From NCBI GenBank assembly GCA_963803825.1, contig CAWDOJ010000011.1, positions 211,170 to 275,169 of the forward strand: DNA of 64,000 nucleotides, in the 5' to 3' direction. Positions 1 through 9,173 of the stretch are shown here, in pieces; position 1 is the stretch's first letter; the number at the start of each line of letters is the position of its first letter. The notes under the pieces were generated by a model. It worked only from the letters and a program-made list of their open reading frames with translations. It did not search any database and was not told where the DNA came from. The position numbers and the translations under genes were made by a program. Origin of the DNA: an uncultured Verrucomicrobiae bacterium. Lineage in GTDB: Bacteria > Verrucomicrobiota > Verrucomicrobiia > Chthoniobacterales > JAATET01.

Positions 1-997
1 CGCTGGGGCATCCTCGCCACCGGTAGCATCGCGGCGAAATTTGCGACCGACCTGCGCGCATCCCACTACCGGCGTCCTCCAAGCCGTCGCCTCCCGCACC
101 CCCGACCGCGCCCGATCCTTCGCGACCGAACACGCCGTCTCCGGCCACGTCCCGACCGCCCACGGCGACTACGCCGCCCTCCTCGCCGACCCCGAAGTCG
201 ACGTCGTTTACATCGCCAATCCCCACCCCGGCCACTGCGAGTGGGCTATCCGCACCGCCGAAGCCGGCAAAGCCATCCTCTGCGAGAAGCCCATCGGCAT
301 GACCCACGCCGAAGCGACGCGCATCGCCGCCGCCGCGCGCCACCATGGCGTTTTCCTCATGGAAGCTTTCAAACAGCGTTGCCACCCGCAGACCCACCGC
401 ATCGTCGAGATCGTCCGCTCCGGGCAACTCGGCACCATTCGCTTCATCGAAGCGACCTTCGGCTTCCACACGGAACCCGATCCCGCCAGCCGCTTGTGGA
501 ATGCTGCCCTGGGTGGCGGTGCCATCCTCGACGTCGGCTGCTACCCCTGCGCGATGACGCGCCTCCTCGCCGGGGCCGCCACGGGTCAACCTTTCGCCGA
601 ACCCCTCGCCATCGCGGGCTCCGCCGTCATCTTCCCGGAGACCGGCGTCGACAGCCGCGCCGCCGCCACCCTCACGTTTCCCGACGGTCTGCTCGCGCAG
701 ATCGCCTGCGCCATCGACGCGCAACTTGCCAACTCCGTCACCATCCACGGCACCGAAGCCCGCCTTCACGTCCCCGATCCGTGGGCGATCCCCCACCAAT
801 CACGACTCGAACTCACCCACTTTAACCCCCACCGAACCGAAGAGATCGTCATCACCACCGACCGACCGATCTTCGCTCACGAAGCCGACACCGTCGCCGA
901 GTCCGTCCGAGCCGGCGACCTCGAGTCACCCGCCATGCCCATCGACGATTCTCTCGGCAACGCCGCCCTCCTCGACCGCTGGCTAGCTTCCGTTTGA
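1..997 (+). CDS. Gfo/Idh/MocA family NAD(P)-dependent oxidoreductase; 5' end outside window; apparent frame break near 58-66
   Basis: Frame 1 from base 1 reads RWGILATGSIAAKFATDLR, the family's Rossmann start. Listed ORF 41..997 (frame 2) continues GVLQAVASRTPDRARSFA...VYIANPHPGHCEW...ILCEKP (family EKP motif). The two pieces are offset by +1. Confidence 0.8.
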   Translation, partial: AGASSPPVASRRNLRPTCAHPTTGVLQAVASRTPDRARSFATEHAVSGHVPTAHGDYAALLADPEVDVVYIANPHPGHCEWAIRTAEAGKAILCEKPIGMTHAEATRIAAAARHHGVFLMEAFKQRCHPQTHRIVEIVRSGQLGTIRFIEATFGFHTEPDPASRLWNAALGGGAILDVGCYPCAMTRLLAGAATGQPFAEPLAIAGSAVIFPETGVDSRAAATLTFPDGLLAQIACAIDAQLANSVTIHGTEARLHVPDPWAIPHQSRLELTHFNPHRTEEIVITTDRPIFAHEADTVAESVRAGDLESPAMPIDDSLGNAALLDRWLASV

Positions 998-1549
998 GCC
1001 AACCGTCAATCGATCACTTACCCCATTCTCGTCGACCGTCTTCACCAGATCGTCGTCCACCCGCAGATCCACGAGCTTCCAGTCCCCGTTCCCCGAGTAG
1101 AAATAAAATCTCCACCGCAGCGGCAACACGTCTCCCTTCAGCAGATATGTCCGCCGCTCCAGCGACTCCCCCACTCGCTCCGTCGCCAAGAGCTCATATC
1201 CAAACGTCGGGCCGTAGGCATCCAGCGCAGCCTGAGTCTGATCGCGCAATCTCGCCGCCTCCTCCGGCCGCGTGGCCACCACCGTGCCCAACGTCAATTC
1301 CTCGTAGGCCCGCTCGACCTGATCCGCTTCGATCTTCTCGAAAAAGTCCGCCACCGCTTCGTCTACCGATCTCACCTCAAAAGGCCCCGGTTCCGGGGTC
1401 GGCTCCGGCGTCGGTGTCGCCTCCGCTTCGAGCGTCGTCGGCATTTTCTTCTCGCGCACGACTTCCCTCGCCACCTCGTCCGGAGCCTCCTGGATCCCCT
1501 GACCCCAAGCCGATCCTACCACCGCAAAAACAACCAACCACCGCATCAT
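983..1549 (-). CDS. hypothetical secreted protein
   Basis: ORF 983..1627. The internal ATG ATG at 1549 gives a signal-like N-terminus, MMRWLVVFAVVGSAWGQG, followed by a TPEP-rich linker and a compact C-terminal domain. No family recognised. Confidence 0.5.
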   Translation of the reverse strand: MMRWLVVFAVVGSAWGQGIQEAPDEVAREVVREKKMPTTLEAEATPTPEPTPEPGPFEVRSVDEAVADFFEKIEADQVERAYEELTLGTVVATRPEEAARLRDQTQAALDAYGPTFGYELLATERVGESLERRTYLLKGDVLPLRWRFYFYSGNGDWKLVDLRVDDDLVKTVDENGVSDRLTVGSNGS

Positions 1550-1709
1550 CGACGCAGCATAACCGCCGTCCCAGGGGCAATTCAAGGAGCGGCGGCTTCC
1601 GGTCGCCGAAGTTCGGATTTCACGCAAACTTCACCCCCCGTTCGTCAGGATTTCATCAGCCACCGCAGCCCTCTTCCCCTGGCACCAACGCAACACCCGC
1701 CCGAATCGT

Positions 1710-2189
1710 TCATTTCCCAAATCCCACGCGTGACGGATCGATGTGCAACGTTCCGGCATCCGTTTCACTCGGCGCAAAGCCATCCCGGTAGTTCAGCGAG
1801 ATCAGTTCGTGCTGCCGAAACACCGGCTCGCCCACCGGCAGACGCCCAAACGTCCACCGGTGCCGCACGTCCGCGATGAGATGTTCACTCCCACCGCCAG
1901 ACCGTCGCCGCCACGTCTCCCACACCATCTCCGTCGTCATCACCAAGGGGGGACCCGCCGCCTCGACCTGAAAGTTGTAATAGTAATGACCCTCGTTGAA
2001 AAATTGTGCCTTCAGCCCATCGTGCTCGCGCAGCCCCGCTAATCCCACCAGCACCATGTCCCCGGACCGAATCTCGAAGTCTTCGCCCGAAGTCAGCCCA
2101 AACACAATCTCGGGGGCAGCGTGCGCGTCAAATAACGCCGCCCACTTCCTCACCAACCCCATCCCCTCAAACCGACTCACCGCATCCAT
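1710..2189 (-). CDS. hypothetical protein
   Basis: 159-aa ORF with ordinary, non-shadow amino-acid composition, divergent from serS. No family recognised. Confidence 0.45.
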   Translation of the reverse strand: MDAVSRFEGMGLVRKWAALFDAHAAPEIVFGLTSGEDFEIRSGDMVLVGLAGLREHDGLKAQFFNEGHYYYNFQVEAAGPPLVMTTEMVWETWRRRSGGGSEHLIADVRHRWTFGRLPVGEPVFRQHELISLNYRDGFAPSETDAGTLHIDPSRVGFGK

Positions 2190-2236
2190 CCCTCATTTCT
2201 ACCCACCCCAGCCCATCCCATTAAACCCGAAAATCC

Positions 2237-2244
2237 TGCATAAT
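2237..2244 (+). promoter_or_regulatory. candidate extended -10 element (TGcATAAT) upstream of serS
   Basis: tgcataat lies 43 nt upstream of the serS ATG in an A/T-richer divergent intergenic region. No clear -35. Confidence 0.25.
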
Positions 2245-2286
2245 CCTGTTTAGTTCCCCACCCGACCCGTGCGACAAACCCCAGGC

Positions 2287-3560
2287 ATGCTCGACATCCG
2301 CCAGATCCGCGAGAACCCCGACGCCACCAAAGCCGCGCTCCGTACCCGCGGAGCCGACCACGACGCCGACATCGACACCCTGCTCCGGATCGACGCCGAC
2401 CGCCGCCGCGCCGAGACCGATCTCCAATCCCTCCAAGCCGACCGCAGACGCCTCAGCAAACAGATCGGCAGCCTCCGCGCCCAAGGCCAGGACACCGCCG
2501 ACATCGAAGCCCAGGTCAAAGGCTTCGGCGACCAAATGGCCACCCTCACCGCCGCCGCAGCCGCCAACGATGACCGACAACGCTCCCTCCTCCTCCACCT
2601 CCCGAATCTCCCGCAACCCACCGTCCCCATCGGGAAAACGGAAGCCGACAACCCCGTCCTTCGCCACTGGGGCGAAAAACCCACCACCGCGACCGGCGAA
2701 GACCACCTCGCCATCGGCGCACGCCTCGGCCTCTTCGACTTCGAGCGCGCCGCCAAGCTCAGCGGCAGCGCCTTCGTCTGCTACACCGGCCCCGGTGCCC
2801 GTCTCGAACGCGCGCTCGTCAATTTCCTCCTCGACCTCCACACCACCCAGCACGGCTACACCGAGATCAGCCCCCCGCTCCTCGTCCGCCCCGAGTGCCT
2901 CGTCGGCACCGGCCAGCTGCCGAAATTTGCCGATCAGGTCTACCACAGCCCCGAGGACGACCTTTACCTCATCCCCACCGCCGAGGTCCCCGTCACCAAC
3001 CTCCACCGCGACGAGATCGTCCCGCTCGCCGACCTCCCCCTCACCTACACCGCCTACACCCCCTGCTTCCGCCGCGAAGCCGGAGCCGCCGGCCTCGGCA
3101 CCCGCGGCATCATCCGCCTCCACCAATTCGACAAAGTCGAGCTCGTCCGCATCACCACCGCCGAAGACTCCGCCGCCGCCCTCGACCTCATCACCAGCCA
3201 GGCCGAAAAAGTCCTCCAGCTCCTCGGCCTGCACTACCGCGTGATCGAACTCTGCACCGGCGACCTCGGCTTCGGCTCGGCGAAGACCTACGACATTGAG
3301 GTTTGGGCACCCGGCCAGCAGGCCTACCTTGAAGTCTCGAGCTGCTCGAATTTCGAGGACTACCAAGCGCGCCGAATGAACCTCCGCTTCAAGAACGCCG
3401 AAGGCAAAAACCAATTGTGCCACACCCTCAACGGCTCCGGCACCGCCCTGGCAAGACTCTACGTCGCCCTCCTCGAGACCCACGCCCAACCCGACGGCAC
3501 GATCAACCTCCCCGAGCCCTCCACCCCTACTTCGGCTCGACCAGAATCCCGGCAAGGTAA
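2287..3560 (+). CDS. serS: seryl-tRNA synthetase; -1 frame break at the C run 3517-3519
   Basis: MLDIRQIRENP... coiled-coil N-terminus and class II core (FRREAGAAG, TLNGSGTALARL). The listed ORF runs on as PSTPTSARPESRQGKHRG. The alternate frame from 3519 reads LHPYFGSTRIPAR then TAA at 3558-3560, a typical SerRS C-terminus. Confidence 0.9.
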
Positions 3561-3593
3561 GCACAGGGGGGAACGCACGCCTCCCGGCGTGCG

Positions 3594-3614
3594 AGCAACG
3601 GCGTCCCGCCGTTG
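3594..3614 (+). terminator. candidate stem-loop downstream of serS (no U tract)
   Basis: gcaacggcg tcc cgccgttgc: 9-bp GC-rich stem with a 3-nt loop, 34 nt after the corrected serS stop. Confidence 0.3.
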
Positions 3615-3663
3615 CTTCCCGGCAATGCGCTAGCGAACCGACCGAAGTTCACCTTTCACCCCT

Positions 3664-4629
3664 TTGCGACCTTTGCAACCTTCGGTTCAAAAAGCATTTC
3701 AGGATCTCCCCACCACCCGCCTGATCCTCGCGATCTCCGGCGGCCGCGACTCCCTGGCCCTCCTCCACGCGCTCGTCGCATCAGGTCGCAAAAACCTCGT
3801 CGTCGCCCACCTCGACCACCGCCTCCGTGGCCGCGCCTCCACCGCCGACGCCACTTTCGTCCAAAGACAAGCGACACGCCTCGATCTCCCCATCTTCACC
3901 GGACGCGCCGACACCCGAGCCTACGCCGCCGCCCGCGCCATCTCGCTCGAACTCGCCGCCCGCGAACTCCGCCACACCTTTTTCGCCGCCGCCGCCCGCG
4001 CCCACCGCTGCAACGACATCGTCCTCGCCCACCACGCCGACGACCAGATCGAGACCATCCTCCACAACTTCCTCCGCGGCACCGGCCCCACCGGCCTCAC
4101 CGGCATGAAGACCGCGACCCACCTCCAGATCGACCGCCGCACCCTCACCCTCCACCGCCCGCTCCTCACCGTCCGCCGCGCCGAGATCGACGCCTACGTC
4201 CGCGACCAAAAAATCCCGTTCCACGAAGACACGAGCAACCGCGACCCCGCCCACACCCGCAACCGCCTCCGCCACGATCTCCTCCCCCTCATCGAGCGCA
4301 CCTTCGGCCCGTCCTTCGCCGAAGCCGCCCTCCGCAACGCCGACATCCTCCGCGCCGAGGACGAGCACCTCGCCGCCGAAGCCAACGCCTTCCCGCTCAC
4401 CCCAGAACTCCCCGCCCACGCGCTCCGCGACCTCCCCGTCGCCCTCCAACGCCGGGCCATCCGCCGCTGGCTAAAACATCACGCCATTCCCAACCCCAGC
4501 CTCGCCGAAGTCGACCGAGTGCTAAGCCTCCTCCCTCCGGCCGGTCCGACCAAAATTAATCTCCCCGGCGACACCCACGCCCGCCTCCGCCAAGGCCAAA
4601 TCTTCATCGAGTCCAAATCTGAAATCTGA
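3664..4629 (+). CDS. tilS: tRNA(Ile)-lysidine synthetase
   Basis: PP-loop motif ILAISGGRDSLALLH, then VVAHLDHRLRG and HHADDQIETIL, all typical of TilS. TTG start as listed. Confidence 0.85.
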   Translation: MRPLQPSVQKAFQDLPTTRLILAISGGRDSLALLHALVASGRKNLVVAHLDHRLRGRASTADATFVQRQATRLDLPIFTGRADTRAYAAARAISLELAARELRHTFFAAAARAHRCNDIVLAHHADDQIETILHNFLRGTGPTGLTGMKTATHLQIDRRTLTLHRPLLTVRRAEIDAYVRDQKIPFHEDTSNRDPAHTRNRLRHDLLPLIERTFGPSFAEAALRNADILRAEDEHLAAEANAFPLTPELPAHALRDLPVALQRRAIRRWLKHHAIPNPSLAEVDRVLSLLPPAGPTKINLPGDTHARLRQGQIFIESKSEI

Positions 4630-4650
4630 TATCCGAAATCTGCGATTCCT

Positions 4651-6138
4651 TTACCTCCGCAGGATCCGAAACCGTTCCCGCTTCGACTTCAGCCCCACGC
4701 CGTCGACCGCTCGCAACTTCACGATCACCCGCCCCCGATCCTTCCGGACCCGCAGCACGACCTTGAACTTGTCGCCACCCTTGACCTTCGACTTCGCCAC
4801 CTTCGCACCGCGCGCCCGCACCTCGATCCGCGCGATCCCCGAAGCATCCGCGGCCGTCCCCCGGATCACCACCCGTTTGCGCAACGTCTCGATCGTCTTC
4901 CGACCCCGCACTCGGATCGTCGGCCTCGTCACGTCCGCCACGACCACGGGGTCCCGCGGCCGGGAGAATCGCAGCACCCGGTTGTTACCAGCGTCGGCAA
5001 CCCAAAGATCCCCGTTCGCTTCGACGTGAAGACCACCGTCCGAGAGTCCCCCCAGCGGGCGATCACTACTCAACCGGTTGGCGGCGAGACCGAAGTCATC
5101 CGAATCGAAGTCACTTTGTCCGATCACGGCATCCGCATCGCCCCCGTTCGGCTTGCTCGCAACCGAGTTAAAGCGAAGGACGCGATTATTTTGATCATCC
5201 TTGACCCACAAGGCGCCAAGATCGTCCGTGTAAACGTCCGAGCACAGGCTCATCCCCGAGGCGGACGTGGTTTGCACTCGCACGGTGAACGAAGTCTGAC
5301 CCAACAACCGGGTGGCAACCGTATTCGGCAGCGCACCACTCGCCGTTTCAAAGCCCAGGACGCGGCTATTGAAAATATCGGCAACCCAGAGCGTGCCGTT
5401 CGCATCGCGGTCCAGACCGCGCGGCCCATTCAGCGCCGTAGCTGACCTTCCGGAATCGTCCGTCATGTAATCCGGCTGACCGTAAACGGCGTCAGCCGGG
5501 GCACCGTTCGTTTTGTTCGCCGCATCGGTGAAAGCGAGAATCCGGTTATGACTGGAATCCGAGACGAACAGATTGCCAAAATCATCGACGGTCACACCGC
5601 TCGGCGATCTCATCCCGGTCCGGGTGAGTTGGGACGAATCATCGGTCAAATTGGCCTGACCCAAGACCAAATCAGGTAGGAAAGCGACCCCCGGCACCAC
5701 AACCCGGTTCGCGGCGTTTTCAAACATCAATACGCGATTATGAGAGGTGTCCGCGACCCAAAGCCGTCCGGCCGAGTCCAGGGCAACACTGGAGGGACTG
5801 TTCAACGATCTCTCACGACCTCCCGGCAGCGGGTTCCCGTCGAGGTCCATTCTTCCGAAGACGGCCTCGGCATCGGCGTTGTTCGCCAAGGCATCGTTCG
5901 ACGCAAACCGAAGAATGCGGTCGCGTCGCCGGTCCACCACAAAGACCTTGCCGGTCGCGGGATCGACCACGACATCGCGCGGTTCTTCCAGGGAGCTCGC
6001 ACTCGTCGAGCGGAGGGTGTTGGTCGTAAAATCCGGTTGACCCAACACCAAATCTGCGTTCGCAAAGGTGGGGATCTGCGCCGAAACCGGCACGGCGACA
6101 AAACAGGCGGAGCAAAGTAGAGCCTTCAAGGATTGCAT
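4651..6138 (-). CDS. secreted NHL-repeat beta-propeller protein with C-terminal Ig-like domain
   Basis: The ATG at 6138 gives signal peptide MQSLKALLCSACFVAVPVSAQ. Six NHL-like blades: RDRILRFAS, HNRVLMFEN, HNRILAFTD, NSRVLGFET, NNRVLRFNS, NNRVLRFSR. Confidence 0.8.
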   Translation of the reverse strand: MQSLKALLCSACFVAVPVSAQIPTFANADLVLGQPDFTTNTLRSTSASSLEEPRDVVVDPATGKVFVVDRRRDRILRFASNDALANNADAEAVFGRMDLDGNPLPGGRERSLNSPSSVALDSAGRLWVADTSHNRVLMFENAANRVVVPGVAFLPDLVLGQANLTDDSSQLTRTGMRSPSGVTVDDFGNLFVSDSSHNRILAFTDAANKTNGAPADAVYGQPDYMTDDSGRSATALNGPRGLDRDANGTLWVADIFNSRVLGFETASGALPNTVATRLLGQTSFTVRVQTTSASGMSLCSDVYTDDLGALWVKDDQNNRVLRFNSVASKPNGGDADAVIGQSDFDSDDFGLAANRLSSDRPLGGLSDGGLHVEANGDLWVADAGNNRVLRFSRPRDPVVVADVTRPTIRVRGRKTIETLRKRVVIRGTAADASGIARIEVRARGAKVAKSKVKGGDKFKVVLRVRKDRGRVIVKLRAVDGVGLKSKRERFRILRR

Positions 6139-6312
6139 CGTTAAGGGGTAGCACATCTGGGCAAAAGCGCTTCCGCAATTTTTCGCCCGGACTTCCGCCA
6201 GCTCGATCCGCCGGCCGCTCGATCCGCCGGCCGATCGATCCGAAGCCGAAACGGGATCGGACCGGTTCAAAGGCCGGGGAGGGCTTCCGCTCACGCCGAA
6301 GGTGACTTCACC

Positions 6313-6443
6313 TACCGCCGCAGGATGCGGAACCTCACCCGCTTCGACTTCAGCCCGACACCGTCGACCGCCCGCATCTTCACGATCACGCGCCCGCGGT
6401 CCTTGCGCACCCGCAGCACGACCTTAAACCGGTCGCCGCCCCG
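6313..6443 (-). pseudogene. 3'-terminal fragment of a paralog of the NHL-repeat gene
   Basis: Reads GGDRFKVVLRVRKDRGRVIVKMRAVDGVGLKSKRVRFRILRR then stop. This differs at 3 of 42 residues from the C-terminus of the 4651..6138 gene. Homology ends exactly where the REP-like repeat begins (6444). Confidence 0.75.
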
Positions 6444-6482
6444 GGAATGGGGTCAGGAATGGGGTCAGGCGTCAAATCTTGA
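6444..6482. repeat. REP-like terminal repeat, left end (1.5 tandem copies)
   Basis: ggaatggggtcag gaatggggtcaggcgtcaaatcttga. Its reverse complement matches 8097-8123 at 25 of 27 positions. Confidence 0.8.
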
Positions 6483-6524
6483 ACATTTCCTTCACTCATC
6501 CTTCACACCCTTCCAAAACCACCC

Positions 6525-7218
6525 TCAATTCCTTCGGCACTCGTCGCCGCAAAGCCGGCGATCAACGTACCGCAGGATCTGCGAAACGTTTGCCGCGCTC
6601 TTCATCCCAAGCTGCTCAGCCAGCCACCCCTGCGACACCACCGTCCGCCTCGACCGCAAATCCGCCAGCGCCACCTTCACCGGATCGGGTCCCCTCCTCG
6701 CCCTCCTCCTCCTCCATTGCCCGCCGGTCCGTCCGCTCCACCATCGCCAGCCTTTCCCCGACTGTGTCCTTGGATCCAGAGTTCTCCAGTCCGCTCGCCG
6801 CCGCCAGCCAGTTCGCCCGACGTCCTGGCTCCAGCGCGTAGCATTGGCTCCGACTGCTATAAGGATAATCCAATAGAGTCTCCCGCGCCGAAGGCCGCAC
6901 CAGCCCCGCCCTCACCGGATTTCGGTGCACGCAATCCACCAGCATCTCTTAGTAGTAACGCTCCCGTCCTTCCACCAGCACCGCCTTGTAGCGATCCCCG
7001 AACAGCGGGCCCACTGCCCATGTCGCACGTTCAGCCACCTCGACACCGTATTCTGCAGCCACTTCATTCCCGTCACCAAGTTTGCCTCCGGCGTCTCCAC
7101 CAGCAGATGGTAATGATCCCCCATCAGCACCCACGCGTGACCCCGCCACCCGGTCATCTCACACCCCTCTCCCAGCGTATTGAGAAACGCCCCGAAATCC
7201 TTCCCGTCCTCAGAAACC
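6525..7218 (-). pseudogene. Y1 (HUH) transposase-like gene with C-terminal HTH, copy 1, degenerate
   Basis: HUH motif in GHAWVLMGDHYHLLVETP. In-frame TAA at 6949-6951 after ...VEGRERYY. One-base loss in a C run near 7012 relative to copy 2. The tail reads WLAEQLGMKSAANVSQILR (HTH-like) in another frame. Confidence 0.7.
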
Positions 7219-7288
7219 GGGAATGGGGTCAGGCGTCAAATCTTGAACATCTCTTCCACTCATCCTTCACACCCTTCCAAAAACACCC

Positions 7289-8093
7289 TTAATTCCTTCG
7301 GCACTCGTCGCCGCAAAGCCGGCGATCCACGTTCCGCAGGATCTGCGAAGCGTTTGCCGCGCTCTTCATCCCAAGCTGCTCAGCCAGCCACCCCTGCGAC
7401 ACCACCGTCCGCCTCCACCGCAAATCCGCCAGCGCTACCTTCACCGGATTGGCTTCCCCCCTCGTCCTCCTCCTTCTCCATTGCCCGCCGGTCCGTCCGC
7501 TCCACCATCGCCAGCCTTTCCCCGACTGTGTCCTTGGATCCAGAGTTCTCCAGTCCGCCCGCCGCCGCCAGCCAGTTCGCCCGACGCCCTGGCTCCAGCG
7601 CGTAGCATTGGCTTAGACTGCTCTAGGGATAATCCAATAGAGTCTCCCGCGCAGAAGGCCGCACCAGCCCCGCCCTCACCGGATTTCGATGCACGCAATC
7701 CACCAGCATCTTTTAGTAGTAACGCTCCCGTCCTTCCACCAGCACCGCCTTGTAGCGATCCCCGAACAGCGGGCCCCACTGCCCATGTCGCACGTTCAGC
7801 CACCCCGACACCGTATTCTGCAGCCACTTCATTCCCGTCACCAAGTTTGCCTCCGGCGTCTCCACCATCAGATGGTAATGATCCGCCATCAGCACCCACG
7901 CGTGACCCCGCCACCCGGTCATCTCACACGCCTCTCCCAGCGTATCGAGAAATACCCCGAATTCCTTCCCGTCCTCAGAAACCGGGCCTCGCCGATTCCC
8001 CCGCTCCACCACGTGGAAAAACGCTTCTGGATACTCAATTCGAAGGCTCCTAGCCACCGAAGGCACGCCGTCAAACCTGCCACACCAGGTCAC
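7289..8093 (-). pseudogene. Y1 (HUH) transposase-like gene with C-terminal HTH, copy 2, degenerate
   Basis: YPEAFFHVVERGNRR...GHAWVLMADHYHLMVETP...FGDRYKAVLVEGRERYY. In-frame TAA at 7713-7715, then MLVDCVHRNPVRAGLV. TAG at 7623-7625 (DYP*SS, versus DYPYSS in copy 1). A further frame change precedes the HTH-like tail. Confidence 0.7.
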
Positions 8094-8096
8094 CCC

Positions 8097-8152
8097 TCAA
8101 GATTTGTTGCCTGACCCCATTCCCCTCAAGATTTGTTGCCTGACCCCATTCC
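8097..8152. repeat. REP-like terminal repeat, right end (2 tandem copies, 29-bp period)
   Basis: tcaagatttgttgcctgaccccattcc occurs twice. More degenerate gaatgggg-type remnants continue to about 8175. Confidence 0.8.
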
Positions 8153-8346
8153 CCATTCTTGAACCCATTCCCGGAACGTGCGTCACGATCCCGGCGGACG
8201 ATGATGGGATCAGCGAGGATCGGAATTGCGATTCCCGCGCCGCCTGCGACAAATCCGATATCCAAGTTTCAAAATTCGAAATTCTCACCGCCGGCCTCGC
8301 AGCGGCCCGCGCCAACCTCATTCCTGGACTCATCCTCCAGGCCGTC

Positions 8347-8959
8347 ATGGTCGCGACGCTCGTTTCCTACTACGCGCTCCCGGCGACCCGTCCGTTCTTC
8401 GAGGTCCTCGTCGATCTCAAAGCGGACGGCGGGTACGCCTTCTCGTTCATTGCAACCGCTCTCGCCGGCGGATTTTTCCCGGAATTTCTCCGAATCGCCG
8501 TCTTCCAACGCTTCCGGATCGTTCGGACGAACCTCACCAGTTTTCTCTTCGGTTCGGTCTTCTGGGGCGGCATGGGAGTCCTCATCGACGCCTTCTACCG
8601 ACTGCAGACCCTCGCCTTCGGCAGCGACCCCACTGCGGTCACGGTCATCTCCAAAGGTCCTCGCCGACATGCTCGTCTTCACGCCCTGCGTCGGCGTCCC
8701 GCTCGCCGCCACCGCCTACCTCTGGAAGCAGCGCAATTTCGACAACGCGATCTTCGGCGACGTCCTCAATCTCCGCGGCTACCGCACCCACATCCTCCCC
8801 GTCCTCATTCCCAACTGGGCGGTCTGGGGACCCGTCGTCTGCGTCATCTACGCCCTCCCCGTCGGCCTCCAATTCCCCACCTACGTCCTCGCCCAGGCCT
8901 TCTGGACCCTCGTCCTCACGACCCTCACGGCCACCCAGTCGGTTGATAAATCGGACTAA
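8347..8959 (+). CDS. multi-pass membrane protein, family unknown; +1 frame break near 8656; true start uncertain
   Basis: Frame 1 reads ...LIPGLILQAVMVATLVSYYALP...FWGGMGVLIDAFYRLQTLAFGSDPTAVTVISK. Frame 2 continues VLADMLVFTPCVGVPLAATAYLWKQ...WAVWGPVVCVIYALPVGLQFP. The first canonical in-frame start is the ATG at 8347, yet coding-like sequence extends upstream to the mobile element. Confidence 0.45.
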
Positions 8960-8981
8960 TTTGACTAAATCCAATCTCAAG

Positions 8982-9173
8982 ATGAAAACCGTCGCTACTC
9001 ACGAAGCCAAAACGCACTTGTCCCGCCTCCTCGCGGAGATCGGCAACGGCGAAGAATACGTGATGACCTGCGGACCCGTCCCGGTGGCCCACGTGGTCGA
9101 CCATCCGGGCGAACTTCACCATTCTTTCGCCCGACACCCCCTTTCCAACCTCAGAGCCGCCCGAATCTGGTAG
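8982..9173 (+). CDS. Phd/YefM-type type II antitoxin (orphan)
   Basis: MKTVATHEAKTHLSRLLAEIGNGEEYVMT...PVAHVV matches the characteristic antitoxin N-terminus. Its last codons run into the tandem array and no toxin ORF follows. Confidence 0.65.
   Translation: MKTVATHEAKTHLSRLLAEIGNGEEYVMTCGPVPVAHVVDHPGELHHSFARHPLSNLRAARIW

Larger units (their letters stand above)
6444..7218 (-). mobile_element. RAYT/IS200-like Y1-transposase element, copy 1 (5'-truncated)
   Basis: Near-identical to 7219..~7981 of copy 2. It lacks the N-terminal ~40 codons and the right-end repeats. Confidence 0.75.
7219..8152 (-). mobile_element. RAYT/IS200-like Y1-transposase element, copy 2 (full length)
   Basis: Bounded by ggaatggggtcaggcgtcaaatcttga (7219-7246) and two tandem inverted copies, tcaagatttgttgcctgaccccattcc (8097-8123 and 8126-8152). 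Confidence 0.75.

Noticed and set aside
2221-3564. Long antisense ORFs opposite conserved genes: 2221..3564 (447 aa), 11328..12914, 20762..21889, 48808..50109, 51349..52329, 52359..53771, 54469..55983, 57962..59020, 59129..61897 (922 aa).
   Set aside because: They are Gly/Ala/Glu/Val/Asp-rich, have no recognisable motifs, and each lies exactly antisense to a gene with strong family signatures. These are typical shadow ORFs of high-GC DNA.
3612-4559. Arg/Pro/His-rich same-strand ORFs in alternative frames, such as 3612..4559, 8226..9173, 15306..16097, 23893..24828, 45217..46569 and 51690..52226.
   Set aside because: Their composition (long runs of R, P, H) is the signature of an off-frame reading of GC-rich coding sequence. 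In every case the true frame is identified by conserved motifs.
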